DNA from: Aliivibrio fischeri ES114 | GTDB taxonomy: Bacteria; Pseudomonadota; Gammaproteobacteria; Enterobacterales; Vibrionaceae | Assembly: GCF_000011805.1 (NCBI RefSeq) | Contig: NC_006841.2 | Strand: one strand, 5' to 3' | DNA: 32,000 bases | In this document: piece after piece, positions 9,102 through 18,677 of the stretch | Position numbering within the stretch: the stretch's first letter is position 1 | How the letters are laid out: every line of letters starts with the position of its first letter | Position numbers and translations under genes: made by a program | Notes under the pieces: model-generated | Told to the model about the DNA's origin: nothing | The model's database searches: none | The model's input: only the letters and a program-made list of their open reading frames with translations

Positions 9102-9524
9102 ATGAAAGTATGTGGCGTAGAGCTTAAAGGTAATGAAGCAATCATCTGTTTAGTTAATAAATCAGATGGCATGATCGATTTACCTGATTGTCGAGTAGCT
9201 AAATTTGATATTGTTGAGCCATCTAAAACGGAATCAATCCGTGATTTTCAATTTAAATTTAAAAAATTAATGCAAGATTACCAAGTTGAAACGGTTGTTA
9301 TTAAAGAACGTTTAATGAAAGGTAAGTTTGCAGGTGGTGCTGTTGGCTTTAAATTAGAAGCTGCAATTCAACTAATTGAAGATGTTGAAGTTGAAGTACT
9401 TAGCGCTGCAGATCAAAAAGCAAGCCTGAAACGCGCACCAGAAATGATCCGCGTAAAAGAAGTTGGTTTAAAAGGTTACCAACAAGATGCCTACGAAACA
9501 GGTTATGCATTTTTAAACTTTTAA
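9102..9524 (+). CDS. DUF3010-like conserved hypothetical protein
   Basis: The N-terminus 'MKVCGVELKGNEAIICLV' resembles the family I remember as DUF3010. RBS AGGA lies upstream. Function unknown. Confidence 0.55.
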   Translation: MKVCGVELKGNEAIICLVNKSDGMIDLPDCRVAKFDIVEPSKTESIRDFQFKFKKLMQDYQVETVVIKERLMKGKFAGGAVGFKLEAAIQLIEDVEVEVLSAADQKASLKRAPEMIRVKEVGLKGYQQDAYETGYAFLNF

Positions 9525-9532
9525 TTTAAATA

Positions 9533-9557
9533 AAGGATGGGGTACCATCCTTTTTTG
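9533..9557 (+). terminator. Rho-independent terminator after the DUF3010-like gene
   Basis: AAGGATGG - ggta - CCATCCTT followed by TTTTTG. Confidence 0.65.
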
Positions 9558-9565
9558 TAGGTGAT

Positions 9566-10051
9566 ATGAGTAGCGAAATTTTTAATAAGAATAAGCTAAC
9601 TTGGTTAGCAGAGCAGGTGAATGTGGATTTCCCAACACCTGAAAGCCTTAGAGGCAGAGATATCTATCTAAATCAAAGTGCATGTGTACCAAGTAAGCTT
9701 GAGTTTGTTAATTCAAACATTCCTGATGGTGTATTTGTTTTACCTGTTACAGAGCATAGGCTTACCATTCGTTGGGCAATGATTGTTGCAAAACAATGGG
9801 ATCAAGAATATGACGATGTTCTTGAGTTTTTGACTCAAATCGAATTGTCAGAAGAATATCAGTTATTTGTTGCTTTAAATGGAATGATGCCAATCGCTGC
9901 GTGTTTATCGCAAGTTGTTGATGGCGAATTATTTATTTCAGATATTGTTATTACGGATAATACCCTTGATGTTGATGGATTCTTAGGATCTGTAATGGAG
10001 CAGCAATCAAGTTTACATGGGACTACTTTTACAACTTGTATTAAAGCCTAA
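9566..10051 (+). CDS. Hypothetical protein (161 aa)
   Basis: Intact ORF with RBS AGGTGA 3 nt upstream of the ATG. I see no recognisable motif. Confidence 0.5.
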   Translation: MSSEIFNKNKLTWLAEQVNVDFPTPESLRGRDIYLNQSACVPSKLEFVNSNIPDGVFVLPVTEHRLTIRWAMIVAKQWDQEYDDVLEFLTQIELSEEYQLFVALNGMMPIAACLSQVVDGELFISDIVITDNTLDVDGFLGSVMEQQSSLHGTTFTTCIKA

Positions 10052-10073
10052 TATATCTTCAGAGTCTTGAAAC

Positions 10074-11819
10074 ATGCGTCATTACCTATCTCTAGTTTGT
10101 GGTTTTATTTTCTTATTTGCACCAATGAGTTTGTTTGCTCATGAAATGAAACCACTAAACATACTTGTGTTGCATTCATATAGCCCATCTTATGAATGGA
10201 CAATGAATATACAAAAGGGAATTTCAGAATCCATTGCTAAAGTTGATCGAAATGTTCGACTTTCTGTTGAGTACATGGATTCTAAGCGTGTAAACGGTAA
10301 CGACTACAAAGCGCAATATCTAACTTATTTGAAGCACAAATACTCGGAAGGGTACTTTGATGCGATCATTGCCTCGGATGATAATGCACTTAATTTCTTA
10401 ATTAAAAACGCAAACAAAACTTTTCCAAAGCTACCTATCGTTGCTGTAGGTATCAATAATCTGTTAATCGATTTAGCTGAGATTGAAGATAGAACAACCG
10501 TTTACTATGAACGTGACCATATCGTAAAAAATTTAAAGCTCTCCCAGTCTCTTTTCCCTGAAAGAAAAACAGTATATTTGTTTAGTGATAATAGCTTAAC
10601 TTCCCAGCTTGTAAGAAAACAATTCATAGAAGACGCTAAGGTATTTCCCAACCTAACGATTAAAATCATTGATGATTTATCTTTAAAAGAAGCAGAGCAG
10701 TTCTTGGCAAAGGCGGGTGATGATTCGGTCGCTTTCTTAACTCATTTTAATACTGAGTTAAAAAAAGGGAATTACTATGACTATGGGGCGATAGCTTCAG
10801 TGTTATCCAAGGAAAGTAACATACCGATTTTTGTATTTTGGGAGCATTATATTGGTTATGGTGTGTTAGGTGGTTATGTTAACCGCTCTTACGCTTTAGG
10901 GATCCAATCCATTTTATCTCTATCAAATAAACTTCATTTTACTGTTAACGAAAAGGTATCAGCGTATCCTGTGGCGTGGGAAGGTTATGTTTTTGATTAT
11001 GGAATTGTAGATAAATTCAATATAGATAGAGACGACTTACCTTACGCTTCAAGCATTGTTAATGAGCCTGAATCATACTTATATAAAAACAGAAATATTA
11101 TATCTGTAACGGCTCTGCTGATTATCATGATGCTAGGGATCATCGTTACTCAGTACATTGCGATTTTACGTAAAAAAGAATTAGACGAAAATAAAACACA
11201 TATTCTTAAATTACAAAAGAAGACATTGAACGTCCAAAAAGAGATGATCAACGTTCTTGGTGAAGCAATTGAGACTCGTTCTGGTGAAACGGGGAATCAC
11301 GTAAAACGTGTGGCAAAAATGTCTTCTTTGCTTGGGCGTTTATATGAGCTACCAAAATCAGAATATCAATTGCTTGAAGTTATTAGCCCTATGCATGATG
11401 TTGGAAAGATAGGGATCCCTGAAGCTATTTTAGATAAACCCGGCAAGTTAACACCAGAAGAAAGAACTATTATCGAGACCCATACTATTATGGGATACAA
11501 ATTATTGATGTCTGGTGATGGAGAAATAATGCAATCAGCAGCTCGAATTGCACTAGAGCACCATGAAAGATGGGATGGGAAAGGGTACCCAAATCAGTTA
11601 AAGGGCGAAGAAATTCATATTTTCGCAAGAATAACAGCCATTGTTGATGTCTTTGATGCTCTTATGAGTAAACGTTGTTATAAAGAAGCGTGGCCATTGG
11701 AAAGGGTTATTGAGCTGTTTAAACAAGAACGAGGTCAACAATTTGACCCAAACTTGTCTCAATTATTTCTAGATAACATATACAGCTTTATTGATATTCG
11801 ACTTGAATATCCCGATTAA
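10074..11819 (+). CDS. Membrane-anchored HD-GYP c-di-GMP phosphodiesterase with periplasmic substrate-binding-like sensor
   Basis: Signal/TM1, then a roughly 300-aa periplasmic domain beginning 'LNILVLHSYSPSYEWTMNIQKGI' (ABC substrate-binding-like sensor fold). TM2 is 'ISVTALLIIMMLGIIVTQYIAIL'. The HD-GYP domain shows 'HVKRVA...PMHDVGKIGIP...HHERWDGKGYP'. Confidence 0.85.
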   Translation: MRHYLSLVCGFIFLFAPMSLFAHEMKPLNILVLHSYSPSYEWTMNIQKGISESIAKVDRNVRLSVEYMDSKRVNGNDYKAQYLTYLKHKYSEGYFDAIIASDDNALNFLIKNANKTFPKLPIVAVGINNLLIDLAEIEDRTTVYYERDHIVKNLKLSQSLFPERKTVYLFSDNSLTSQLVRKQFIEDAKVFPNLTIKIIDDLSLKEAEQFLAKAGDDSVAFLTHFNTELKKGNYYDYGAIASVLSKESNIPIFVFWEHYIGYGVLGGYVNRSYALGIQSILSLSNKLHFTVNEKVSAYPVAWEGYVFDYGIVDKFNIDRDDLPYASSIVNEPESYLYKNRNIISVTALLIIMMLGIIVTQYIAILRKKELDENKTHILKLQKKTLNVQKEMINVLGEAIETRSGETGNHVKRVAKMSSLLGRLYELPKSEYQLLEVISPMHDVGKIGIPEAILDKPGKLTPEERTIIETHTIMGYKLLMSGDGEIMQSAARIALEHHERWDGKGYPNQLKGEEIHIFARITAIVDVFDALMSKRCYKEAWPLERVIELFKQERGQQFDPNLSQLFLDNIYSFIDIRLEYPD

Positions 11820-11864
11820 TAACGTCAATAAAGCCTGAGTTATTAAAAGTTAATCTATTAATAT

Positions 11865-11903
11865 AAAAAAAAGCCCTAACTCTATGAGAGGTAGGGCTTT
11901 TTT
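11865..11903. terminator. Bidirectional rho-independent terminator (HD-GYP / gltS convergent pair)
   Basis: AAAAAAAAGCCCTAaCTCT-atg-AGAGgTAGGGCTTTTTTC. Confidence 0.8.
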
Positions 11904-11904
11904 C

Positions 11905-13128
11905 TTATCCGATAAAACTGATGTAAGTTTGTAAAATGATTAAATTTACAATATCAATAAAGAAAGCACCAACAATTGGAACGACCATAAATGCTTGTGG
12001 AGAAGGGCCGAAGCGAGAAACTAATGAGCCCATGTTCATTACTGCAGTCGGTGTAGCACCAAGACCAAAACCACAATGACCACCAGCCATTACAGCCGCA
12101 TCATAATTTGAACCCATTACTCTGAAGGTTACAAAGTATGAGAATAAAGCAAGTACCACAGTTTGAATTGAAAGAATGATAAGTAATGGAATCGCTAGAT
12201 CAAAGATATTCCACAGCTTAAGACTCATCAATGCCATTGCTAAAAACAGAGCCAATGAAACGGTACCTAAAATATCGACAGTTTCTGTGTCGATTTTATG
12301 TACTTTAGTGACTTCGGTAATATTTGTAATGAATACACCAATGAATAGAGCGTATACAAAATCAGGTATTTTTAACCATGCGATGTCAAATGTTGCGATA
12401 AAGTCACCAAGATGACCTGCACCAACCACACAAAGTAGTAATACAAATAATGTTTCGATTACTTTTTTTGCGGTTACTTTTTCTTCTTCACGTTCATTGT
12501 AGGTAACAACTTCAGGGAAGCGTGAATGTGTATCAATGCCAGTACCGTATTCTGATTCTAAATTATGCTTATGAATTAATTTCTGTGCGATAGGGCTACC
12601 AATTAATCCACCCATGATTAAACCAAATGTAGCTGAAGCCATTGCAAGCTCAAGCGTATTTAAATGGTATGTCTCAGCAAATGTATGTGACCAAGCTGCA
12701 CCTGTACCATGACCGCCAGATAGTGTAATTGAACCTGCGATTAAACCCATTAGAGGGTCAAGTCCCATTAAGCTAGCAAGGCTGACGCCAATACCATTTT
12801 GAATAATGATATAAACAGAAGCTACAGCAAGGAAGATAAATACTTTACTTCCGCCTTTAATTAATTGTTTGTAGTTTGCAGCAAGTCCTACTGTACTAAA
12901 GAACATCAACATGAATGTGCTTTGTAATGGCAGTGAGAACTTTAAGTTAATCCCTTGGAAATGTAGGATCGTAATGAAAAAAGCTACGATTAATCCACCT
13001 ACAATTGGCTCTGGGATATTGTATTTTTTGAATAGTACGACTTTTGAATTGATCAAGTGGCCGAGGAATAACACGGCAATTGCAATTAAAAATGATTCAA
13101 GCGCACCAATAGATAGAGTGTGTGACAT
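11905..13128 (-). CDS. gltS: Sodium/glutamate symporter
   Basis: A 407-aa polytopic membrane protein. 'ESFLIAIAVLFLGHLINSKVVLFKKYNIPEPIVGGLIVA' is the typical GltS N-terminus. A strong RBS AGGAG lies upstream. Confidence 0.9.
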   Translation of the reverse strand: MSHTLSIGALESFLIAIAVLFLGHLINSKVVLFKKYNIPEPIVGGLIVAFFITILHFQGINLKFSLPLQSTFMLMFFSTVGLAANYKQLIKGGSKVFIFLAVASVYIIIQNGIGVSLASLMGLDPLMGLIAGSITLSGGHGTGAAWSHTFAETYHLNTLELAMASATFGLIMGGLIGSPIAQKLIHKHNLESEYGTGIDTHSRFPEVVTYNEREEEKVTAKKVIETLFVLLLCVVGAGHLGDFIATFDIAWLKIPDFVYALFIGVFITNITEVTKVHKIDTETVDILGTVSLALFLAMALMSLKLWNIFDLAIPLLIILSIQTVVLALFSYFVTFRVMGSNYDAAVMAGGHCGFGLGATPTAVMNMGSLVSRFGPSPQAFMVVPIVGAFFIDIVNLIILQTYISFIG

Positions 13129-13348
13129 AGTACTCCTAAGTTGAAATATCTAATTTATAGTTTCGTCCACAATTTTAAATTATGCGAAAATAAATGAAGA
13201 ATACATGTATTTTAATGCATTCTTAATCTAGATATTGTCTGATTTCAGGGACTGATAGTATCATTTTTATTAATAGAGTTGGGTTAGCGTATGGTAAAAC
13301 ATATGAATGCGCTGTTAATATTGAAAATAAGTATGAAAAATTTGGTTG

Positions 13349-14344
13349 CTATTCATCGTAAAAAAGTACAATACTGCCGCCGCGTAGGGCGCTACCCACG
13401 TTAAATGTGAAGCCGATTCCAACATTATCAACTAAAGAAATCCACTTTCTCGTATCGATTAACCATGCAATATTGAACTCATAATAAAAGTCTGTTCCAA
13501 GTGGTTCATTTGCGTCTCCACCAAGATCAACTCGTTTGGCTTTTAGGTATAAAACTTGTGCTAAACGATTCCAATGTGCCATGTTATATCGCAGTTGAAT
13601 GCTGTTTACGAAACGCCAAACCTCAGGATTTGCATCAGAGCTGTAATCTGATGAGCCACCAAAGCCTTGTCCATAAGCATAGTGGTAACTGTTGTTAAAA
13701 CGCCATTCACCCCAATCGGTTTCTTTTTTATATTGGAAGGTAATTTTGGGTTCAATAATGAATGCATTACTTGATACGTTGTAGTACAAGCCGTCTAAAA
13801 CAGGAGCGAAACTCTGACTGAAATCAGAATTGTAAGTATGAGTATTTCTATAATGCATTAAATGAAATGCATTACCGACAGAAATGGTCCAATTCTCATA
13901 GAAATCGTAGTTTTGCGCGTATTCCGCATATAAACCAAACATCTCATCTAAATCAGAATCAGGTGAGGTTTTATCTTTGAACTCGACATCAATATCTGTA
14001 TTAACATATGAAGCTCTTACTGTGATTTCATGTGACCAACGTGAGTCAGGATCTTCAGTGAGCTCAAAAGTATAAGGTAAAGAATATACCGTCATTTGGT
14101 TACGCAGCTGAATGGAATCATTGCTGCCTAAGCCATTGTCAGGGTTATTTTCATCTTTAGATAAATAGCGGTTTGGATTGAAATCAGCAATACCAAAAGT
14201 GATCATATTACTGTCAGATAAAACTAATGATGTTGCGAAGGCTTCTTCAAATTGGCTTGCAGGAGTTAAGTTACGAGCTTCAGCTTTATCGTATGCTAAA
14301 TAAAGCAATATCATAACAAGCAGTGAAGGACGTAGCCTTATCAT
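13349..14344 (-). CDS. Putative outer-membrane beta-barrel protein
   Basis: Signal peptide ending 'AYDKAEA'. The mature protein is rich in alternating aromatic/polar stretches (Y/F/W/N/D/G). It possibly belongs to the 'solitary autotransporter-like barrel' family; this is not verified. Confidence 0.55.
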   Translation of the reverse strand: MIRLRPSLLVMILLYLAYDKAEARNLTPASQFEEAFATSLVLSDSNMITFGIADFNPNRYLSKDENNPDNGLGSNDSIQLRNQMTVYSLPYTFELTEDPDSRWSHEITVRASYVNTDIDVEFKDKTSPDSDLDEMFGLYAEYAQNYDFYENWTISVGNAFHLMHYRNTHTYNSDFSQSFAPVLDGLYYNVSSNAFIIEPKITFQYKKETDWGEWRFNNSYHYAYGQGFGGSSDYSSDANPEVWRFVNSIQLRYNMAHWNRLAQVLYLKAKRVDLGGDANEPLGTDFYYEFNIAWLIDTRKWISLVDNVGIGFTFNVGSALRGGSIVLFYDE

Positions 14345-14460
14345 TCGTTTATAACCTTATATCGTTAATTTATAAATTTCTAGATACAATTTAGTTCAAA
14401 ATCAAATATTAATCTACTTTAAATCAGTATCTTAAATGATAATCGGGATAAAATTATTCC

Positions 14461-14509
14461 AGATAAAATAAACACGCTACATAAACGTTAGTAGCGTGTT
14501 TATTTATCT
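14461..14509 (-). terminator. Rho-independent terminator downstream of the ABC exporter gene
   Basis: ATAAACACGCTAC - ataaacgtta - GTAGCGTGTTTAT with T/A-rich flanks, 12 nt after the stop at 14521. Confidence 0.7.
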
Positions 14510-14520
14510 TAGAACTTATG

Positions 14521-16347
14521 TTATTCGCTAATGAATCCACCTGTTTGATGATTCCAAAGTTGAGCGTAAATGCCACCTAATGCAACGAGTTCTTTATGTG
14601 TGCCTTGCTCAACAACTTGACCTTTATCCATCACTAATAAGCGGTCCATTGCTGCAATGGTAGATAAGCGGTGTGCAATAGCAATAACGGTTTTGCCTTC
14701 CATTAGTTCATCAAGACTATCTTGGATCGCTGCTTCAACTTCAGAATCTAATGCTGAAGTTGCTTCATCTAAAATAAGTAAAGGTGCATCTTTTAATAAT
14801 ACACGTGAAATAGCGATACGTTGGCGTTGACCGCCAGATAATTTCACACCACGCTCACCAACTTGCGCATCATAACCTTTACTACCAAAAGAATCCGTTA
14901 AGGTTTCAATGAACTCATGAGCTTGCGCTTGTTTGGTTGCTGCAAATAGATCTTCATCAGTAGCATCTGGACGGCCATATTTTATATTATCGCGAATAGA
15001 ACGATGAAGTAGGGAGGTATCTTGGCTTACCATACCAATTTGGCTTCTTAATGAGTCCTGAGTGACATCTCTAATATCTTGACCGTCAATAGATATCGAA
15101 CCTGACTCAACATCGTGAAAACGGAGTAGTAGATTAACAAGTGTTGATTTACCTGCACCTGAACGGCCAACTAAACCGATTTTTTCACCGGGTTTAATTT
15201 CCAGATTCAAGTCATTAATCACGCTCTTATTTTCACCATAGTTAAAGTTCACACTGTCAAACTTAATGGTTCCTTTAGACACATTAAGCTCTGAAGCATT
15301 TTCTTTATCTGTGATTTCAATAGGCTTAGATAGGGTGTTAATACCATCAGTAACCGTTCCAAGGTTTTCAAATAACGAACTAATTTCCCACATTATCCAG
15401 TGTGACATGCCATTTACACGAAGAGCTAAACTAATAGCAATAGCGATAGCACCAACACTGAGAACGTTATCTAACCAAAGGGTTATAGATACAGCTGCAA
15501 TTGAGAAAACCAATAAGTAGTTAATGATTTCAACAGAAATATTGATGCCTGTAGCTAAACGCATTTGCTTGTGAACTGTGCCTAAAAACTCTTCCATACC
15601 TTCTTCAGCGTATTGAGTCTCACGCTTACTGTGGCTAAAGAGTTTCACTGTGTTGATGTTGGTGTAACTATCAACTACACGTCCTGTCATTGTTGAACGG
15701 GCATCAGCTTGTTGTTCTGAAATGGCTTTTAGTTTAGGTACAAAGTGAAATTGAATTGCTACATAAGCTGCAAACCAAACTAGCATTGGCAGCATTAAGC
15801 GCCAATCCGCTTGGCCAACCATCACAACCATGGAAGTAAAGTAAACAGAGACATAAACCAATACATCTAATAGCTTCATTACCGTTTCACGAACGGCTAA
15901 AGCGGTTTGCATTACTTTTGTTGCAATACGACCAGCAAAATCATCTGAGTAAAATGAAACACTTTGTTTTAATAAGTAACGGTGTGCTTGCCAACGAATT
16001 GCCATTGGGTAGTTACCTAATAACGTTTGGTGTGTCAGCAAAGAATGTATAAATAAAAGGATAGGAACAATAACAACAATTAAAAAGCCAAGTAGCAGTA
16101 ATGTTTGTCCTTCTTGCGCTAAAAAGGTTTCTCTATCATGAGTAGATAACCAATCAACTAGCTGTCCCATAAAGCCAAATAATGATACTTCGATCATGGC
16201 AATAACGGCACTTAATAATGACATGCCAATTAATGGAACTTCGAACCCTTTAGTATAATGACGACAAAAAGCGTATAGGCCTTTTGGGGGCTGATTTGGC
16301 TCTTGTTCTGGAAAAGCAGTGGTTAACCGCTCAAAGAATTTAAACAT
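14521..16347 (-). CDS. ABC transporter, fused permease/ATPase (exporter type)
   Basis: N-terminal six-TM exporter domain. Walker A 'GRSGAGKST', signature 'LSGGQRQRIA', Walker B 'LLILDEATSALD'. Confidence 0.85.
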   Translation of the reverse strand: MFKFFERLTTAFPEQEPNQPPKGLYAFCRHYTKGFEVPLIGMSLLSAVIAMIEVSLFGFMGQLVDWLSTHDRETFLAQEGQTLLLLGFLIVVIVPILLFIHSLLTHQTLLGNYPMAIRWQAHRYLLKQSVSFYSDDFAGRIATKVMQTALAVRETVMKLLDVLVYVSVYFTSMVVMVGQADWRLMLPMLVWFAAYVAIQFHFVPKLKAISEQQADARSTMTGRVVDSYTNINTVKLFSHSKRETQYAEEGMEEFLGTVHKQMRLATGINISVEIINYLLVFSIAAVSITLWLDNVLSVGAIAIAISLALRVNGMSHWIMWEISSLFENLGTVTDGINTLSKPIEITDKENASELNVSKGTIKFDSVNFNYGENKSVINDLNLEIKPGEKIGLVGRSGAGKSTLVNLLLRFHDVESGSISIDGQDIRDVTQDSLRSQIGMVSQDTSLLHRSIRDNIKYGRPDATDEDLFAATKQAQAHEFIETLTDSFGSKGYDAQVGERGVKLSGGQRQRIAISRVLLKDAPLLILDEATSALDSEVEAAIQDSLDELMEGKTVIAIAHRLSTIAAMDRLLVMDKGQVVEQGTHKELVALGGIYAQLWNHQTGGFISE

Positions 16348-16537
16348 AACGAAACCTTAAATAATGAGCTAACTTTCAACGAAATGACGGTTATTTGTAC
16401 ATACTGTTAACATAACCTAAATCAAGTGCTTATTGTAATGTTTTTCTAAGATAAGTAGAGCTGTTTATTAAAAAAATTAGTAGGTTGAGACTCAGTAGAG
16501 GTATCATGAAAAAATACCATCACAACAGAGTAAGAAA

Positions 16538-17506
16538 ATGAAAAAAATACCAACGAATATTATTACGGGTTTTCTAGGTGTAGGAAAAACCACCACCATC
16601 TTGCAATTACTAAAAAACAAACCAGAGAATGAATCTTGGGCTGTATTAGTAAATGAATTTGGTGAAGTTGGCATTGATGGGGCTTTTCTTGCTGAAGGCG
16701 GTGCCATGGTGAAAGAAGTTCCTGGTGGCTGTATGTGCTGTACTGCTGGCCTTCCTATGTCTGTTGGTATTAACGCGTTACTGAGACAAAAACCAGACCG
16801 TTTAATTATTGAACCAACAGGGTTAGGGCACCCTAAAAAGATCATTGCTATTTTACAATCAGAGAACTATGAAAAGTATATCGATTTGAAAGCAACGATT
16901 GGCCTTGTTGACCCACGAAACCTATCTGATGAAAAGTATGTATCTAATCAAAACTTTAATGATCAATTGGGTATTTCTGATGTCGTTGTTGCAACTAAGA
17001 TGGACATGGTCTCAGATTACGATGAGTGCTTATTCGACTCATGGACAAAAGAGCTATCAACGCAGCCTAAAACGACAAAGATAAATCATGGTGATCTACC
17101 ACAATCTTGGTTAGATGAAGATCGTACTATTGAGTTAACGATTGAAGAACATCATCATCACCATGCTGAACAAGATATTGTCGAAATGGCATTAGAACCA
17201 GGACAAAAATTTTGTCGTAAAGAGAATAAAGGCCAAGGCTATGTTAGTTGCGGGTGGTTTTTTGGAGCTGAGTCCGTATTTGATTTTGAAGAGTTGTTTT
17301 CAATGCTATCTGATTTGAATGCAGAACGAATTAAAGCGGTAATGAATACTGATAAAGGCTGTTATGCATTTAATGTGGCTAATCGTGTTGTCTCAGTTAA
17401 TCAATTAAGTATTGAAGGTATGGAGTCGAAACTTGAAGTTATCGATACTCAATTGCTTCCATGGGATCAGTTAGAAACGATTTTATTAAGTTTGATCATT
17501 GAATAA
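16538..17506 (+). CDS. COG0523 (CobW/YeiR/ZigA-like) G3E GTPase metallochaperone with His-rich insert
   Basis: P-loop 'GFLGVGKTT', metal-binding 'GGCMCCT', and a His run 'EEHHHHHAEQ' between the GTPase and C-terminal domains. Confidence 0.85.
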   Translation: MKKIPTNIITGFLGVGKTTTILQLLKNKPENESWAVLVNEFGEVGIDGAFLAEGGAMVKEVPGGCMCCTAGLPMSVGINALLRQKPDRLIIEPTGLGHPKKIIAILQSENYEKYIDLKATIGLVDPRNLSDEKYVSNQNFNDQLGISDVVVATKMDMVSDYDECLFDSWTKELSTQPKTTKINHGDLPQSWLDEDRTIELTIEEHHHHHAEQDIVEMALEPGQKFCRKENKGQGYVSCGWFFGAESVFDFEELFSMLSDLNAERIKAVMNTDKGCYAFNVANRVVSVNQLSIEGMESKLEVIDTQLLPWDQLETILLSLIIE

Positions 17507-17525
17507 TTGATATTGATGTATGAAT

Positions 17526-17562
17526 AAAAAAGGGGAGCGTAAAGCTCCCCGTTTGCATTTTT
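17526..17562. terminator. Bidirectional rho-independent terminator (COG0523 / ylqF convergent pair)
   Basis: GGGGAGC - gtaaa - GCTCCCC, with AAAAAA 5' and GTTTGCATTTTTG 3'. Confidence 0.75.
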
Positions 17563-17573
17563 GTAATGGAATA

Positions 17574-18518
17574 TTAGCGTTTGTTTTTCAGATAACGCTT
17601 ACGACGCTCTTCTTTTTTCTTCGCTTTTTCTTCTTCTTTACGAGCGGCATCAATTTCAACTTGAATTAACTCTTCTGTGATCATTTCTGGTAATTCAAGA
17701 GTCACTTGGCCTAGAACACCTGAACGTAATTCATGAAGTAAAATCTCAGACGCTTTGTAAAGGTTGATTCGACCACCAGCTTGTAAACAACCACGGCTGC
17801 GACCAATCGCTTCCATTAGTTCTAAATCATTGTCTGGTAGTTCATCTAATTTGTAACGCTCTTTTAAGCGCTCTGGGTATTGTTTCGCAAGATACTCAAC
17901 GGTGTAGAATGCAACTTCGTCATATTCCATTGCTGTATCTTTTACTGCACCAGTTGCCGCTAGACGGAATCCACTGTGTGGGTTTTCAACTTTTGGCCAT
18001 AAAATTCCTGGAGTATCAGAAAGTACGACACCATTTTGAAGATTAATACGTTGCTGACGGCGAGTAACCGCTGGTTGGTTACCTGTTACAGCAATTGTAC
18101 GACCGGCTAAAGTATTAATGATGGTTGATTTCCCAACATTAGGAATACCCATGATCATAGTACGAACGTTTTTGCCCATTGCCTCTCTGTGAGGAACAAG
18201 CTTACGACATACTTCCATGATCTTATGAATTTCTTCTGGATTTTCCGTAGTAACCGCCATTGCAGTTACGCCTTGCTCTTTTTCTAAATGCTCAATCCAA
18301 AGTTGAGTCACTTCTGGATCCGATAAATCACGCTTATTGAGTACTTTTACACACGGCTTGTCTTTACGAATAGAAGAGATAAGCGGATTTTCACTACTAA
18401 AAGGAATACGGGCGTCAAGAACTTCAATGATAACATCGATTTTTGGCACAACTTCTTCAATCTCTTTACGAGCTTTGTGCATGTGTCCCGGGAACCATTG
18501 AATTTTATTGTTAAGCAT
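17574..18518 (-). CDS. rbgA: Ribosome biogenesis GTPase A (circularly permuted GTPase YlqF/RbgA)
   Basis: 'IQWFPGHMHKARKEIEE...DVIIEVLDARIP...LNKRDL...GIPNVGKST...SDTPGILWPK' shows the permuted G4-G1-G3 order typical of YlqF. It has a basic K/R/E-rich C-terminal tail. Confidence 0.9.
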   Translation of the reverse strand: MLNNKIQWFPGHMHKARKEIEEVVPKIDVIIEVLDARIPFSSENPLISSIRKDKPCVKVLNKRDLSDPEVTQLWIEHLEKEQGVTAMAVTTENPEEIHKIMEVCRKLVPHREAMGKNVRTMIMGIPNVGKSTIINTLAGRTIAVTGNQPAVTRRQQRINLQNGVVLSDTPGILWPKVENPHSGFRLAATGAVKDTAMEYDEVAFYTVEYLAKQYPERLKERYKLDELPDNDLELMEAIGRSRGCLQAGGRINLYKASEILLHELRSGVLGQVTLELPEMITEELIQVEIDAARKEEEKAKKKEERRKRYLKNKR

Positions 18519-18677
18519 CTGTATTTTATACTCTTTGTTTTTTTATGCATGCTGCTTGGGGTACATCATGGGGTACTAAACAACAAACTTAAATTTAATA
18601 GGTTAATTATTATTCTTAAGATAAAAACAATAACAACGAATGATAGTGGTAAGTTTATCGCAACCGCGTTGGGATAG

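Noticed and set aside
16504-16845. 113-aa ORF antisense to the COG0523 GTPase 5' end
   Set aside because: It fully overlaps the P-loop/CxCC-encoding region of a clearly real gene on the other strand, and its P/S/F-rich translation looks like an artefact.
18347-18677. ORFs 18347..18550 (-) and 18477..18677 (+) at the ylqF start / island junction
   Set aside because: The first is an out-of-frame overlap of ylqF. The second runs through the ylqF promoter and AT-rich junction with no RBS. I treat the interval as non-coding junction DNA instead.
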